A stretch of DNA of 64,000 nt from Leidyana gryllorum EB-2025a (lineage: Eukaryota; Protista; Apicomplexa), in the NCBI GenBank assembly GCA_048772705.1, contig JBLWGC010000194.1, forward strand, positions 154,183 through 218,182, in the 5' to 3' direction. Below, one piece after another: positions 36,754-47,884 of the stretch (the first letter of the stretch is position 1; each line of letters opens with the position of its first letter). The notes beneath the pieces were generated by a model. The model was not told the DNA's origin and did not search any database. It worked only from the letters and a program-made list of their open reading frames with translations. The position numbers were made by a program, and so were the translations under genes.

Positions 36754-37560
36754 ATGGAGAAATCAAACGTATGGGTGTCCACATATCGCGTCCTGGGAAT
36801 TCTTGGAGCCTTAGTCGCTGTTGTATTCCAATGGTTAGCCGGAGTTTACCTATTCCTACTCACATTGGGCGTTGTGCTCATTGATCTTATCGGCGCATCG
36901 CTAGGTGCCAATTGCACTGTACTACTGATATGCTTATTAGCAATCTATAGCTGGATCCATGAGCCACTCATGTCGAGCCTGAGACCCGACCAATCGGATT
37001 ACGATCTTTTTGGGAAGCGAACAGGAACCATCGATTGGTATGGTTGGGGTTTCTTGATAAGCATGGGTACTCCCATTGCCTTGACACCTGTGTTCGTGTA
37101 CATGAGAACCAGGGCTCGTGCGGCTGTCCGAAGAAATGGGACAAAAGAAGCCAAGCCCCTCAAGCCACTGCCTCAAGTGATGATGCCCCCTCAGCCCTTG
37201 GCAGCCCCCCAGCCGCTTACAGTGGTGCCTCTCCAACAGATGGCGGGAGCGTTGACCCTGATTCCAGCTGGGCGTGTGGCGCAACTGGAGACACGAAACG
37301 CGCCTGTTACCCAAATGGCAGGCAATCAGGCATCAGTGATCGGTGGCAAGCGTTTAATTGCCGGGCCGCCAGTGAACGGGACTGTGACTCAACTGTTCGA
37401 CCCGAAAAGCGGGCAACTGACTACCATTTTGGTAGCGAATGCGGAATGCACTGGGTCGTCAGCAAACGAGCCGCCCACTGGTCTACAGCCTACAAATGCG
37501 GTGTACATCGGCCCCCCTGACAAGCTGACAGAAGGTCAAATCTATTACGCGCCTGTCTAA
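36754..37560 (+). CDS. Hypothetical membrane protein (3-4 N-terminal TM segments, Pro/Gln-rich tail)
   Basis: 268-aa single-exon ORF with a strongly hydrophobic first ~120 aa. Confidence 0.7.
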   Translation: MEKSNVWVSTYRVLGILGALVAVVFQWLAGVYLFLLTLGVVLIDLIGASLGANCTVLLICLLAIYSWIHEPLMSSLRPDQSDYDLFGKRTGTIDWYGWGFLISMGTPIALTPVFVYMRTRARAAVRRNGTKEAKPLKPLPQVMMPPQPLAAPQPLTVVPLQQMAGALTLIPAGRVAQLETRNAPVTQMAGNQASVIGGKRLIAGPPVNGTVTQLFDPKSGQLTTILVANAECTGSSANEPPTGLQPTNAVYIGPPDKLTEGQIYYAPV

Positions 37561-37731
37561 GGCAAACTTTTTGTCATTGTAGGTACCTCCACGGAGAAAT
37601 ACATAACGATAACCTCATCACTCGTCCGAAGGGATTAATATATAAAGCATCAAGAACCTTCGTCGAATTGTGCACAATTTATGAATATCATTATTAAAGC
37701 GTGACGCTAGTCCCACTGTTGTGATAACAAG

Positions 37732-38427
37732 TCAGACCGGTCCGAAAGAACCAGGCATCCAGAACCGCCATCGCCCATCGTTTGATCCCGCAGACTTACG
37801 TCGCGTATGGCGGTCATGGCGTTCGTCGGCGCAGGAAGAGAAGGTAGTTATCGACGATCGATATCGCAGATAATAGATCGAGTCGTCTTCCTCTTCTTCA
37901 TCTCCTATATGGTGTGCCCGCGTCGTGTTGTTTGAGTTGGTCGTAACCAGTGAGCCAAACCGCCCAGATGGTAATGAACCCGAAAAAGCCGTCCGGCAAG
38001 TGCTTGTAGCTGCTGTAGTACTTTCATCGCCAGTATCCCAATCAGGTTTAGGAAAGTGGGGTGTAGATATCAGTTGTTTCACCACTCGGCTGGGCCGTTT
38101 AGGCACGTACTGAGTTGTTCCGTTCAATGAATATCGATGTACACGTGGAAGCGCTCCAAAAGCAACACGCTTCGAGTGTTCGCCAGTGTGCTTCATCACA
38201 CTTCCTCGGCAGGCATCGCTCGAGTAACCCTCCTCGTCGTCCTCGTCCGTATAAACACTGTCACTGAAGTCTTCATCACTTGATATGATCATCTCGTCGC
38301 TACACGCCGGACCGAATAGACGACTCTGTATCGTACGTATCCTTTTCTGGTGCGCCGCTTCCGTCTCTGCCTCAGACCCCGCAATTGACCATCGGGGCCT
38401 CCTCCCTCGACTACATGCCGATCCCAT
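37732..38427 (-). CDS. Hypothetical protein with predicted N-myristoylation/palmitoylation and an RVxF PP1-docking motif
   Basis: The first ATG (38427) gives MGSACS. Internal KRVAFGALPRVHRY and acidic tracts. Confidence 0.65.
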   Translation of the reverse strand: MGSACSRGRRPRWSIAGSEAETEAAHQKRIRTIQSRLFGPACSDEMIISSDEDFSDSVYTDEDDEEGYSSDACRGSVMKHTGEHSKRVAFGALPRVHRYSLNGTTQYVPKRPSRVVKQLISTPHFPKPDWDTGDESTTAATSTCRTAFSGSLPSGRFGSLVTTNSNNTTRAHHIGDEEEEDDSIYYLRYRSSITTFSSCADERHDRHTRRKSAGSNDGRWRFWMPGSFGPV

Positions 38428-38472
38428 CGCCGCCCAAATCTTCACATATGGTGCTAAAAATTCCGTTGCTCA

Positions 38473-41400
38473 ATGGAGTCTGGAGGGGTGCGGGATGTCA
38501 TCCATGACGTCGTGGGGACCGATGTGCCGCCACCCTCACTCACTCACAGTCCCACGCACCCCCTTCTTAGACAGAATGACTCTCGGTGGGAGTCAGTTCT
38601 CTCTATCGTCCAAGACCCCTTATTCCTTTTCAATGCAAACCCTGCCAATCAAGGGATGACTGGAGAATTGCTCATGATGTGTAGTAATGATGAGATGATC
38701 GAGAAGCAGCAGACGGCAACCGTGAACGATCTGGAACGCTTAAACAAGCACGTACCTCGAGACCCAGAGGCTCGATTGGTCAATCGTTACCTGGCTGTCA
38801 AATCCTTTCAACGCTCTGACGCTTCTAAAGTCTTTCTCCCCGCGGATACCCGTCCCGTAATATGGTGCAGACGCACTGTCAACAGCATTCTTGCGCTGGT
38901 ACGTTCGTCGTCCAATACATCCACTTTCCGTTTCGCCTTGTTTTTCTCAGCAAGTTGAAGCTGACTGTTCCTCCTCTCCCTGGCTCTATCGCAAGCCTGA
39001 TGGCTTTCGATTTATAGACGTATATAACTTTGTCCGTGATCGTCTCCGGAGCATTTGGACTGACCTCACAGTCCAGCACTGCCTCGCCCATCGAGGTACG
39101 ATAGAGTGCTTTGAGATTTCTTTCCGCTTTCTACTTCTCGCTGAAGAATTGGTAAGCGCGCGAACTCCCCTCCCCAATATCAACTCCTCAGCTCTGTGAC
39201 CAATCGGAGTTCAATGCTGTCCAAAATGGAGGTCTACTCTCAACCTGTTTGGAAAAGCTGATGGCCAGTTATGCTGCTGTCAGGCAGCTGGCCTCCTCGC
39301 CGCAGCCCACCACCATTTCACCCTCTCTGGCGAGCTCTCTCAGCCCGGACGATGTCCGGGGATTGACACAGATCATCTGTAAGCTCGCTACCCCCTCACC
39401 AACGTCTTCAAATACCCTCTATTCGTAGGCTACAGCTCTCCTTATGAAGCTGAATTTTGGGCGTATCGAATTCTGCTGTGTATGTCTCTTGGCCCGGCCA
39501 GTGCCGCCTCGGCGGTTATAGACGTTCGGCATCGAATGCCTCGAGATTTAAGCAACGCTCTGCCCATTCGGAGAGCTTTCGCCATCGTGGAAGCATACGT
39601 TGACACCAATGCGAGCAAATACTTTCGATATCTGCGAAACGTCGACTACCTCACCGGGGTCCTTCTCAACAAGTACGGCAATCTCCTGCGAATGCACATG
39701 CTGAAGCTCTTACCCGCCACGCCTGGAACCGGACAAGTCGATATACCGTGGAATCAGTTCGTGTCGCTCCTGTGTAAGTCCGCGCCCGCCGAGTACGACG
39801 AGACTAACGTTCGTTCCATTCAGACCTGCACGACGCGCCTCTCACAGTCGCGTTGGAGTTCTGCAGCATATGTGGGATGAACCGAATACCCAGCACTGGC
39901 GTACCTGAGAGGATCACGCTCGCTGCAGCAGTAGCGGACAGACTGGTTATGGAAGCCAAGAGAACGCGGTGTCCCAGATTCAAGTCCCAGACGTTGGCAT
40001 CGCGCCCCGTCAAGTCCCGGAGGCTGCTGCTGGATCCTTCTCTCTCTTCGACGATGCCGAATGGTACGGTGGCCAGCTGGTCTACGACATCATTACCTTC
40101 GGTACCGTTCCAGACACCTTCAAGCACTCTTCTCAGCACGATCCCCCCTCACATTCCCTCAATGCCCTCGCAGCCCTCCGGGAGCAGTGTAACGAGCGGT
40201 ATTTGGCGGCCGCCGGTATCGTCGATGCCCCTGGCCGTGCAAGACCCAAATGCCCCGATTTTCACAAACCTCGAGGAGGTCGGGAGCTCATGCGAGGCTC
40301 CCTTCAATGTGGCGTCAAGCAGGTTGATGGGTGGGCCGACGAATCCAGACGTTCTGGGCAGCCCCGAACCCACCAAACCCGCACCTCCAACGCAAACGGG
40401 TCTCCTTCCTCCTCCTCGGCAGCACAAGCCGATGCGAAACAGTCTTTTCGCCGATATAGAAGCCGCCGTTGATCCGTCCACCATTAATATGCGACATCGG
40501 GTTCCACCAGCTGCGCGACTACGAGCGCAAGCGCCTCAAGCGAGACCCAGACCCGTTGTGATCGAACCGGTTATAAATCCTCCTGATAACAGCACGAATT
40601 CTGCGTCGCTACTGACCCAAATACCTGCGGTGATTGGAGGAGTATTGAGGGGTCCCTCGAATTGGAATCCTTTGAATCTATTGAACAGATCAAAGGGCGC
40701 GAGCGGCACTTATCCCGAGCCCCAGCCTCCGCATCTATTGAAGCCCGATAAAAATGCAACGACGGAAAGGTCGTCTAATGCCTCTGAACCTGACAGAGGC
40801 CGGAATCCCACGTCTCGAACTGACGTCCCCACGCCATCAACGTATTTCATGGCCGCTGGAAGCGACTCTGGTGATACTGAAACGGGGGCATTAGTCTGTC
40901 AGGGGGGTGAGGACCCGTCCAAGGCGGGAATTGGTGTGCGTGGAGCCAAACGCAAAGCCGAAATGCGGCCCCTCCCGGCTTACGAGCCTTCTGAAACTGG
41001 TTCCGAGACAACTTCGAAGCGGTCCAGAAGTGGTAATCCAGCGAATGCCGGGAATGGCCCGGAGCAAGTCTCATCAACATCGGCTGTAACCCCTTCCGGG
41101 GGCAAACCAATGTCTCTGACTACTGATAGTCCAACGTGGCCCACAGAGTCCGCGGAGGTGGCCATGGAGAAGTTCCGTGTGGAGCGCGGATCACAACTGC
41201 TCGCAACGTCGTTCTGGCGAGGTGGGGCTCTGCAATTGGTCGAGAACTGCCGCAAGAGTGTAAGTGAAGCCTCAGTCCGCGGCAATCCCATATGTGTCTC
41301 TCTGGCAGTACGATGACCTGATGATAGAGCGGGTCCTCAGACGGATACATATCGGCAACATGCTCAACATTTTACTCCCCAACAAGAATTCGGACTTACC

Positions 41401-43305
41401 GAGAGAGCTCGAAACCTGTCCGCTGGACTGGTCAATGTTGCTTGTTGACGCTGCCGCTCCTGAGGGGACAGACTTGAGTGTGTGTGTGGACGCCTACCTC
41501 TTCGGCGCTGTGATCGAGGACGGTTTGATGGATACCCGTAATAAAAGAGGAAATGAGGAACTTGAAGGGCTTCTGTCCGTATGGGCGGGGAAGAAGGACC
41601 CGATCAACGCCGAGACTCAAGATGAGTTCCATTGGTCAACATGGCATCGTGAACGAGACAGTGGAATGAAGCTGTCATTCGAGTCCTATCACGGGTGTGG
41701 GCTGCAACCTCCCCCCCAAGGCGTCCGAGCTCCCGCTTTACATTGGGTTATGTCCAAACCAGTGTGCGTTCGGAAAATCCTCCAAAGGCCCTCTTTGGGA
41801 AGCCCCACTAATCAGTATACCTACAAGTTAGCTCAAGGAACCAATCAGGATTTGGCTGACGAGTTACACATCATGGAGAGAATGCTCCCACGAGGTACCT
41901 ATGAATGGGACGACATGGCGATATTGTGCCATCTTGAGATTCTACTCGACCCCAGAAGCGTAAGTTGTATTGTGTAGCCAACTTTTTGACTCCTTCTCTC
42001 AGCAATGGTCACCGAGTGAGAGCTGTCAGGAACATGCTGAAGATTTGGGCTTCGTTGATCGGATTGGTGGAGGACTGAGTGCCAGAATGTCGAGTGCGAT
42101 CGATGAGCGCCTGACTGAACACACAAAGTCTCCACTGCGGGTGCTATTCGAGCAGCTTCTGGAGCGCTATCAGAGCGGCCGAGAGCGGTTCATATATATT
42201 GCAGGCATCAGCACCCGCGTGGCGGCTGTACCGCTGCTGGAAAATCCCACAGCTGAGCAAAGTGAAGCAGAGCGAAGGGGGGACATTGATCACTCGGACG
42301 AGAGAATCGAGTTTGTGTTCAACAGCGACGAAGTAGACGCGGCTATCGCCTATTCAGCGGCCAGCGGGATTAGGAAATTGCAGTCCATATATCGCTTCCT
42401 GGTCTCTGATCCGTTAGGAAGGCGAGGCTTACGCGGGGCTACCCGCGAAATAGCCTGTTCGCCGGTCCAAATTATGTGGCCACGTGAACTCACGGAGCCA
42501 TTGCCAGTGGTGTTGCAGTCCGTGTAAGTCGATGGTGGTGCCAACTTTCCTTTGTTGCAATTCGTCCCCTGCACCGTTCAGATGGGAGCGTTCTTTGAAC
42601 AGTATCCCCGAGGATAAACGATATTTCGAAGGATTGTGCTTCACCTTGGTCGATGCTCTGACACAATGGCTTCACTCTGGACTTTGGGAGATATGTGAAT
42701 TCTCCCCAGGTCCCCGGATGTGGGCACAGGGGAATAATGAGCAAGTCGGCATGGTGGCTGCCGGGGACCGATCGGAGTATGACTCGCCACCGGAGGCCCC
42801 GAGTTGCGCCCAGGACATAGAACAGAGCCGGCGGTGGATCAGACGGCTGGCCAGATTGATCCGAAAGGTGCTTCCAGAGTTTATCACGTCTGTCTCCCAG
42901 GAGGAGAAGGTGAAGACTGGAGAAGAGTGTTTCTACATTGCCAGGAAGACCGTACTGGGAGCCATCGTTTTCGCACTACAACACCCTCAAGGGAAGCTGC
43001 CGAGTTCGTCGCTCCTGGACACTCGTCTTCTCCTCCCGTATCCGCTCTATCTCAGTGAGTAATTAATGCTTTATCACCGTCATTCGTACTGAACAGGTGT
43101 GTCGACGCCACTGCACTCTCATCATCAAGAGTCACCGTCGGTTTCGAAGCCCGTGATTGGAGCACAAGTGCGAGCAGGTTTCGGTTCAACAGAAGTCTTT
43201 GAGCACCTACAGGCCTCTATCAAGAAGACAAAAGATAGTCTGACCAGGGAACTGGCTGCTGATAGCGTGACCATCGGACAGATGCAGATTGCTTCTTCTC
43301 TCTAG
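38473..43305 (+). CDS. SAC3: SAC3/GANP (MCM3AP-like) TREX-2 scaffold, long form
   Basis: GELLMMC..E, LAVKSFQRS, DTRP and YNFVRDRLRSIWTDLTVQ (SAC3_GANP signature F.RDR.R.I..DL..Q). Downstream ORFs join at GT-AG introns up to TAG 43305. Confidence 0.85.
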
Positions 43306-43315
43306 TCAATTCTTT

Positions 43316-46300
43316 CTAGCTACTAAACGCGGCACCGAAGAGTGACAGATTCGGCGACGGCGTTCCATCCATTTCCCTCCCAATCTCATCAATAACATCG
43401 GTCACAGTCTCATTGATCATCTTCTCGTAAATGTCTTCTTCCGTCGATGGTGAGCTGCCATCGCTGGTAGTGGTCGGTGAGTCAGGGACCCGGCCAGACG
43501 ATGGTACCACTCCTACACTTTCTGACACAACAACGGTGTATTCCTGCTCCATCACCTGACCGACTTCCACACCACCAGTAACGTCGCTACCAACAAGCTC
43601 AGCCTGCTCAGCCACTTCCGTAGTGACTTCCTCACAGGCTTTGCGAAAAAGAGAGGTTTCGTCAGTTCTTTCTTCTTTCACAAGACAGTCGTTAGCAACC
43701 GTGTAGAGCTCTTCACAACGCTGTCTATCCGCCGGAGTCAGAGGTGTGCGCTCCGCCTCCTCTTCCGCCTTGTCTGCTTCTGCTAATGATGATGAATCCT
43801 CCACCACTTCTCCTTCTTTCAACTGCTCCTCCACTACCGGCTCCTCCGGGTCTGTCTTCTCGGTTTGCGGAAGAGGAGTCTCTGTCTTCTCGTCCTCAGG
43901 AGAAGGAGTCTCTGTCTTCTCGGTTTGCGGAAGAGGAGTCTCTGTCTTCTCGTCCTCAGGAGAAGGAGTCTCTGTCTTCTCGTCCTGAGGAGGAGAAGGA
44001 GTCTCTGTCTTCTCGGTTTGCGGAGGAGTAGTCTCTGTCTTCTCGTCCTGAGGAGCAGAAGGAGTCTCTCTCGTCTCGTCCTCAGGAGAAGGAGTCTCTG
44101 TCTTCTCGGTTTGCGGAGGAGTAGTCTCTGTCTTCTCGTCCTCAGCAGGAGAAGGAGTCTCTGTCTTCTCATCCTGAGGAGGAGAAGGAGTCTCTGTCTT
44201 CTCGTCCTCAGGAGAAGGAGTCTCTGTCTTCTCGTCCTCAGGAGGAGTAGTCTCTGTCTTCTCGTCCTCAGGAGAAGGAGTCTCTGTCTTCTCGGTTTGC
44301 GGAGGAGGAGTCTCTGTCTTCTCGTCCTCCGGAGGAGTAGTCTCTGTCTTCTCGTCCTCAGCAGAAGGAGTCTCTGTCTTCTCGTCCTCAGGAGAAGGAG
44401 TCTCTGTCTTCTCGGTTTGCGGAGGAGGAGTCTCTGTCTTCTCGTCCTCCGGAGGAGGAGTCTCTGTCTTCTCGTCCTGAGGAGCAGAAGGAGTCTCTCT
44501 CGTCTCGTCCTCAGGAGAAGGAGTCTCTGTCTTCTCGGTTTGCGGAGGAGTAGTCTCTGTCTTCTCGTCCTGAGGAGCAGAAGGAGTCTCTCTCGTCTCG
44601 TCCTCAGGAGAAGGAGTCTCTGTCTTCTCGGTTTGCGGAGGAGTAGTCTCTGTCTTCTCGTCCTCAGCAGGAGAAGGAGTCTCTGTCTTCTCATCCTGAG
44701 GAGGAGAAGGAGTCTCTGTCTTCTCGTCCTCAGGAGAAGGAGTCTCTGTCTTCTCGTCCTCAGGAGGAGTAGTCTCTGTCTTCTCGTCCTCAGGAGAAGG
44801 AGTCTCTGTCTTCTCGGTTTGCGGAGGAGGAGTCTCTGTCTTCTCGTCCTCCGGAGGAGTAGTCTCTGTCTTCTCGTCCTCAGCAGAAGGAGTCTCTGTC
44901 TTCTCGTCCTCAGGAGAAGGAGTCTCTGTCTTCTCGGTTTGCGGAGGAGGAGTCTCTGTCTTCTCGTCCTCCGGAGGAGGAGTCTCTGTCTTCTCGTCCT
45001 GAGGAGCAGAAGGAGTCTCTCTCGTCTCGTCCTCAGGAGAAGGAGTCTCTGTCTTCTCGGTTTGCGGAGGAGTAGTCTCTGTCTTCTCGTCCTGAGGAGC
45101 AGAAGGAGTCTCTCTCGTCTCGTCCTCAGGAGAAGGAGTCTCTGTCTTCTCGTCCTGAGGAGGAGAAGGAGTCTCTGTCTTCTCGGTTTGCGGAGGAGTA
45201 GTCTCTGTCTTCTCGTCCTCAGCAGAAGGAGTCTCTGTTTTCTCGTCCTCAGGAGAAGGAGTCTCTGTCTTCTCGTCCTGAGGAGGAGAAGGAGTCTCTG
45301 TCTTCTCGGTTTGCGGAGGAGTGTCAGTCTCCTCCTCACTTAAGTCTGCGTCATCTTTCTCTTCCACGGGCGCAGCAGTAACAGGCAGACTTTCATCAAT
45401 CTGCTCGACGACAAGTTGAGCCTCAACGACTTTTTGATCAACGTTAGTTTCCTCACTGCGGGCATCTGACACAGTCACTGTCGCAGGTGAGCTCTCATCG
45501 CTGGTGGTGGGTACGTCAGGGGACTGGCCAGATGTTGGCGCTTCAGCTACACTGAGCGACCCTTGAACATCGTGTGTCCTATCCACACGACGGACTTCCA
45601 CACCATCAACAACGTTATCATCGATGTCAGCCCGCTCAGCCACTTCCGTAGTGACTTCCTCACAGGCTTCGCGAAAAAGAGAGGTTTCGTCAGTTGTTTC
45701 TTCTTTCACAGTAGAGTCGTTAGCAACCGTGTAGAGCTCTCCATAGCGCTGTCTATCCGCCGGAGTCAAAGGTGTGGGCTCCTCTTTTTCTTCCTCCTTC
45801 GGTTCCTCCTCCTCCTTTACCCCCCCCTTCGACTCCTCTTCCTCCTTGACTTCCCCTTCCTCCTCCTCCTCACCATCCAACTGGTCCTCCACTGCCGGGT
45901 CGGTCTCCTCGACTTCGGGGAGAGTCTCGATCTCCTCCTCCACATTCAAGTCCGCCCCATCCGTCTCTTCCACAGGGGAGGAATGAGTGACAGGCGCGGC
46001 AGCAACAGGCAGACTCTCAGTCTGCCCAAGGACAAGTTGACCAGCAGCTTCTTCAGCGACTTTTTGGTCAGCAGTTGTCTCGTTGCGGACATCAGACTGG
46101 CTGGCGGGCTCGACTTCCTCTAAGGTGCGGGGAGTAACTTCTCCGTCCTCCAACTCGGCGACCACCTCCTTTTCGATAGCAGCCAAACTTTCGTCCTCCT
46201 CGCCTCGTTGCATAATCACAGCAGGTGGGTGACTATCAACAGTATGAGAAACTTCCATCCCACCAATAGCGCTAACACTTGGAACTTCCGCTCGCTCATC

Positions 46301-47374
46301 CACTCCGCGAGAGGATTCCTTGCAAGCTTCGCCAAAAAAAGAGGTCTCTTCTGCCGAGCGGGGCGTGCCCTCATCCGCATTGGAGTCGACTACCACAGCC
46401 TCCCCCTCTTCCTCCTCAGCGACATCAGATGCGGGGTGCACAGCCCCGGACCGCTGCTTATCGGCAGCAGGGAGAGGCGTGGGCTCTTCTTCTTCTTCCT
46501 CTTCCTCTCCCTCTTCTCTCCCTTCGCCTTCTTCCTCGGTTTCTAGTTGACTTGGGTCCTCTTCGTCGTCGTCGCAGGGGAGTTCCTCGACGTCCTCCTC
46601 TACGTCGCTCTCCTCCTCGTCGTCCTCCTCTTCCTGTTGCTCGGAGACTTCGTCAGAGCTCTTTTCTGTGGGTGTGGGTGGAGGAACTTGATGTTCCAAA
46701 TTCGACAAATAAGAAGGGACTTTGGTAGGCTCTCTGGAGTCCTCTTCAGTTTCAATAGGTGCCGTTGCATTCACTTGTTCATTTTCAAGAGATGCGGAGA
46801 CTATGTCAATTTGCAGTCGCTCAGTTTGTCCGTTGGTCTCTTGGGCCAGGGGACTGATGACTCGGGGCTGTACAGTCGACGCAGCGAGTGTGGAGTTCTC
46901 CCGTTCGAGGAGAGCTCCGACCGTCTGCAGCGGTACGTTGGGGTTGGGTACCTCTGTTTGAGGTTCGGTTTGACTTTGAGCAGTCGCCGCGGTGGCAACC
47001 ATCTTTGCTTTTGCGGCTACATAGCAGGTAGAAGCGATGGAAGAAGCCATTTCTCCAGCTTTGGCGACATTGCCAGAAGCAACGAGCCCCAGGAGGTCCC
47101 GATAGACGGGTCCAGCACAGAAGGTATCCAACTCGTCTCCGATAGCGTCTACAAATGTGGTGTCCACACGTTGACGTTCTTGTCGCATGAGTTTGAGAAC
47201 TTTCTCTTCAATCAACTTGTCTGCGGTCGCAGAGTGGTCAATGAAGGTCTGTCCCTCTGTCTCGTCATCACTAGGCTGTGTAACGGTCTCAAGAAGTTTT
47301 TGCTCTACAGCCTCGACAGACTTGCGGCCCTGTGTGCTGAAGCAGCAACACAGGTAGCGACGGATTCTTCCCAT
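43316..47374 (-). CDS. Highly acidic repetitive protein (1352 aa) with an N-terminal LCCCF acylation motif
   Basis: Single ORF starting MGRIRRYLCCCFSTQGRKSV; E/T/P-rich with about 48 TETPxPxxEK repeats. Confidence 0.85.
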   Translation of the reverse strand: MGRIRRYLCCCFSTQGRKSVEAVEQKLLETVTQPSDDETEGQTFIDHSATADKLIEEKVLKLMRQERQRVDTTFVDAIGDELDTFCAGPVYRDLLGLVASGNVAKAGEMASSIASTCYVAAKAKMVATAATAQSQTEPQTEVPNPNVPLQTVGALLERENSTLAASTVQPRVISPLAQETNGQTERLQIDIVSASLENEQVNATAPIETEEDSREPTKVPSYLSNLEHQVPPPTPTEKSSDEVSEQQEEEDDEEESDVEEDVEELPCDDDEEDPSQLETEEEGEGREEGEEEEEEEEPTPLPAADKQRSGAVHPASDVAEEEEGEAVVVDSNADEGTPRSAEETSFFGEACKESSRGVDERAEVPSVSAIGGMEVSHTVDSHPPAVIMQRGEEDESLAAIEKEVVAELEDGEVTPRTLEEVEPASQSDVRNETTADQKVAEEAAGQLVLGQTESLPVAAAPVTHSSPVEETDGADLNVEEEIETLPEVEETDPAVEDQLDGEEEEEGEVKEEEESKGGVKEEEEPKEEEKEEPTPLTPADRQRYGELYTVANDSTVKEETTDETSLFREACEEVTTEVAERADIDDNVVDGVEVRRVDRTHDVQGSLSVAEAPTSGQSPDVPTTSDESSPATVTVSDARSEETNVDQKVVEAQLVVEQIDESLPVTAAPVEEKDDADLSEEETDTPPQTEKTETPSPPQDEKTETPSPEDEKTETPSAEDEKTETTPPQTEKTETPSPPQDEKTETPSPEDETRETPSAPQDEKTETTPPQTEKTETPSPEDETRETPSAPQDEKTETPPPEDEKTETPPPQTEKTETPSPEDEKTETPSAEDEKTETTPPEDEKTETPPPQTEKTETPSPEDEKTETTPPEDEKTETPSPEDEKTETPSPPQDEKTETPSPAEDEKTETTPPQTEKTETPSPEDETRETPSAPQDEKTETTPPQTEKTETPSPEDETRETPSAPQDEKTETPPPEDEKTETPPPQTEKTETPSPEDEKTETPSAEDEKTETTPPEDEKTETPPPQTEKTETPSPEDEKTETTPPEDEKTETPSPEDEKTETPSPPQDEKTETPSPAEDEKTETTPPQTEKTETPSPEDETRETPSAPQDEKTETTPPQTEKTETPSPPQDEKTETPSPEDEKTETPLPQTEKTETPSPEDEKTETPLPQTEKTDPEEPVVEEQLKEGEVVEDSSSLAEADKAEEEAERTPLTPADRQRCEELYTVANDCLVKEERTDETSLFRKACEEVTTEVAEQAELVGSDVTGGVEVGQVMEQEYTVVVSESVGVVPSSGRVPDSPTTTSDGSSPSTEEDIYEKMINETVTDVIDEIGREMDGTPSPNLSLFGAAFSS
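43851..45325 (-). repeat. Coding minisatellite: about 48 units of 30 or 33 bp with a 522-bp higher-order period
   Basis: The core gagtctctgtcttctcg is repeated throughout. A diagnostic variant (tcttctcAtcc) occurs at 44171 and 44693, exactly 522 bp apart. Confidence 0.95.
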
Positions 47375-47425
47375 TTAATGAATTTTTTGACGACTTAATT
47401 ACTAACTTTTGTCGACATTGTTGGT

Positions 47426-47863
47426 TTATTGTGAGTCAGCAGGCAATTCAGTAATTTCTAATCTCTCTTCGAAGACCCTTTGAGCCAAGATTCTGCTAAT
47501 GCTTTGAGCTTCGCGGGCTTTCTCCTCGCTGGGAGACCCACGGAATATCGCCAACAAATCCTGATACTCTGGTTCTGCGTTTACGGCCATCAATCTGGTG
47601 GGAACTTGTTCGACAACGTCCTTGTCGACCTTGGAAGGGTCCATCGACATCATGAGTTCCATAACAGCATTCCCGACAAAACGCATCGCAAGGCCGTGAA
47701 TTTCCGCATCTTGGGGCGCAGCTTGTTCACCGGTTTCAATGGTCTCAACCGCGTCAGACTCGGCTGCTGGTACTTCCTCAGTCGCGACCTGAGGGGCCAC
47801 AACACTCTTCCGACCCTTCGTGTCGAAACAACAGCACAGCTTGGTATAGACCTTGCGAAACAT
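47426..47863 (-). CDS. Short paralog of the acidic repeat protein (145 aa, LCCCF motif)
   Basis: MFRKVYTKLCCCFDTKGRKSV versus MGRIRRYLCCCFSTQGRKSV; shared PxYxDLL helical segment. Confidence 0.8.
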   Translation of the reverse strand: MFRKVYTKLCCCFDTKGRKSVVAPQVATEEVPAAESDAVETIETGEQAAPQDAEIHGLAMRFVGNAVMELMMSMDPSKVDKDVVEQVPTRLMAVNAEPEYQDLLAIFRGSPSEEKAREAQSISRILAQRVFEERLEITELPADSQ

Positions 47864-47884
47864 TACGGGGAGAAAAAAATTTGA

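Noticed and set aside
43851-45325. CRISPR-like regular ~30-bp repeats
   Set aside because: There are no unique spacers and no cas genes; it is an in-frame coding minisatellite in a eukaryotic gene.
43834-45343. About 500-aa Arg/Leu-rich ORFs in alternative and antisense frames
   Set aside because: They are by-products of a 3n-length, stop-free repeat and start and end with the repeat.
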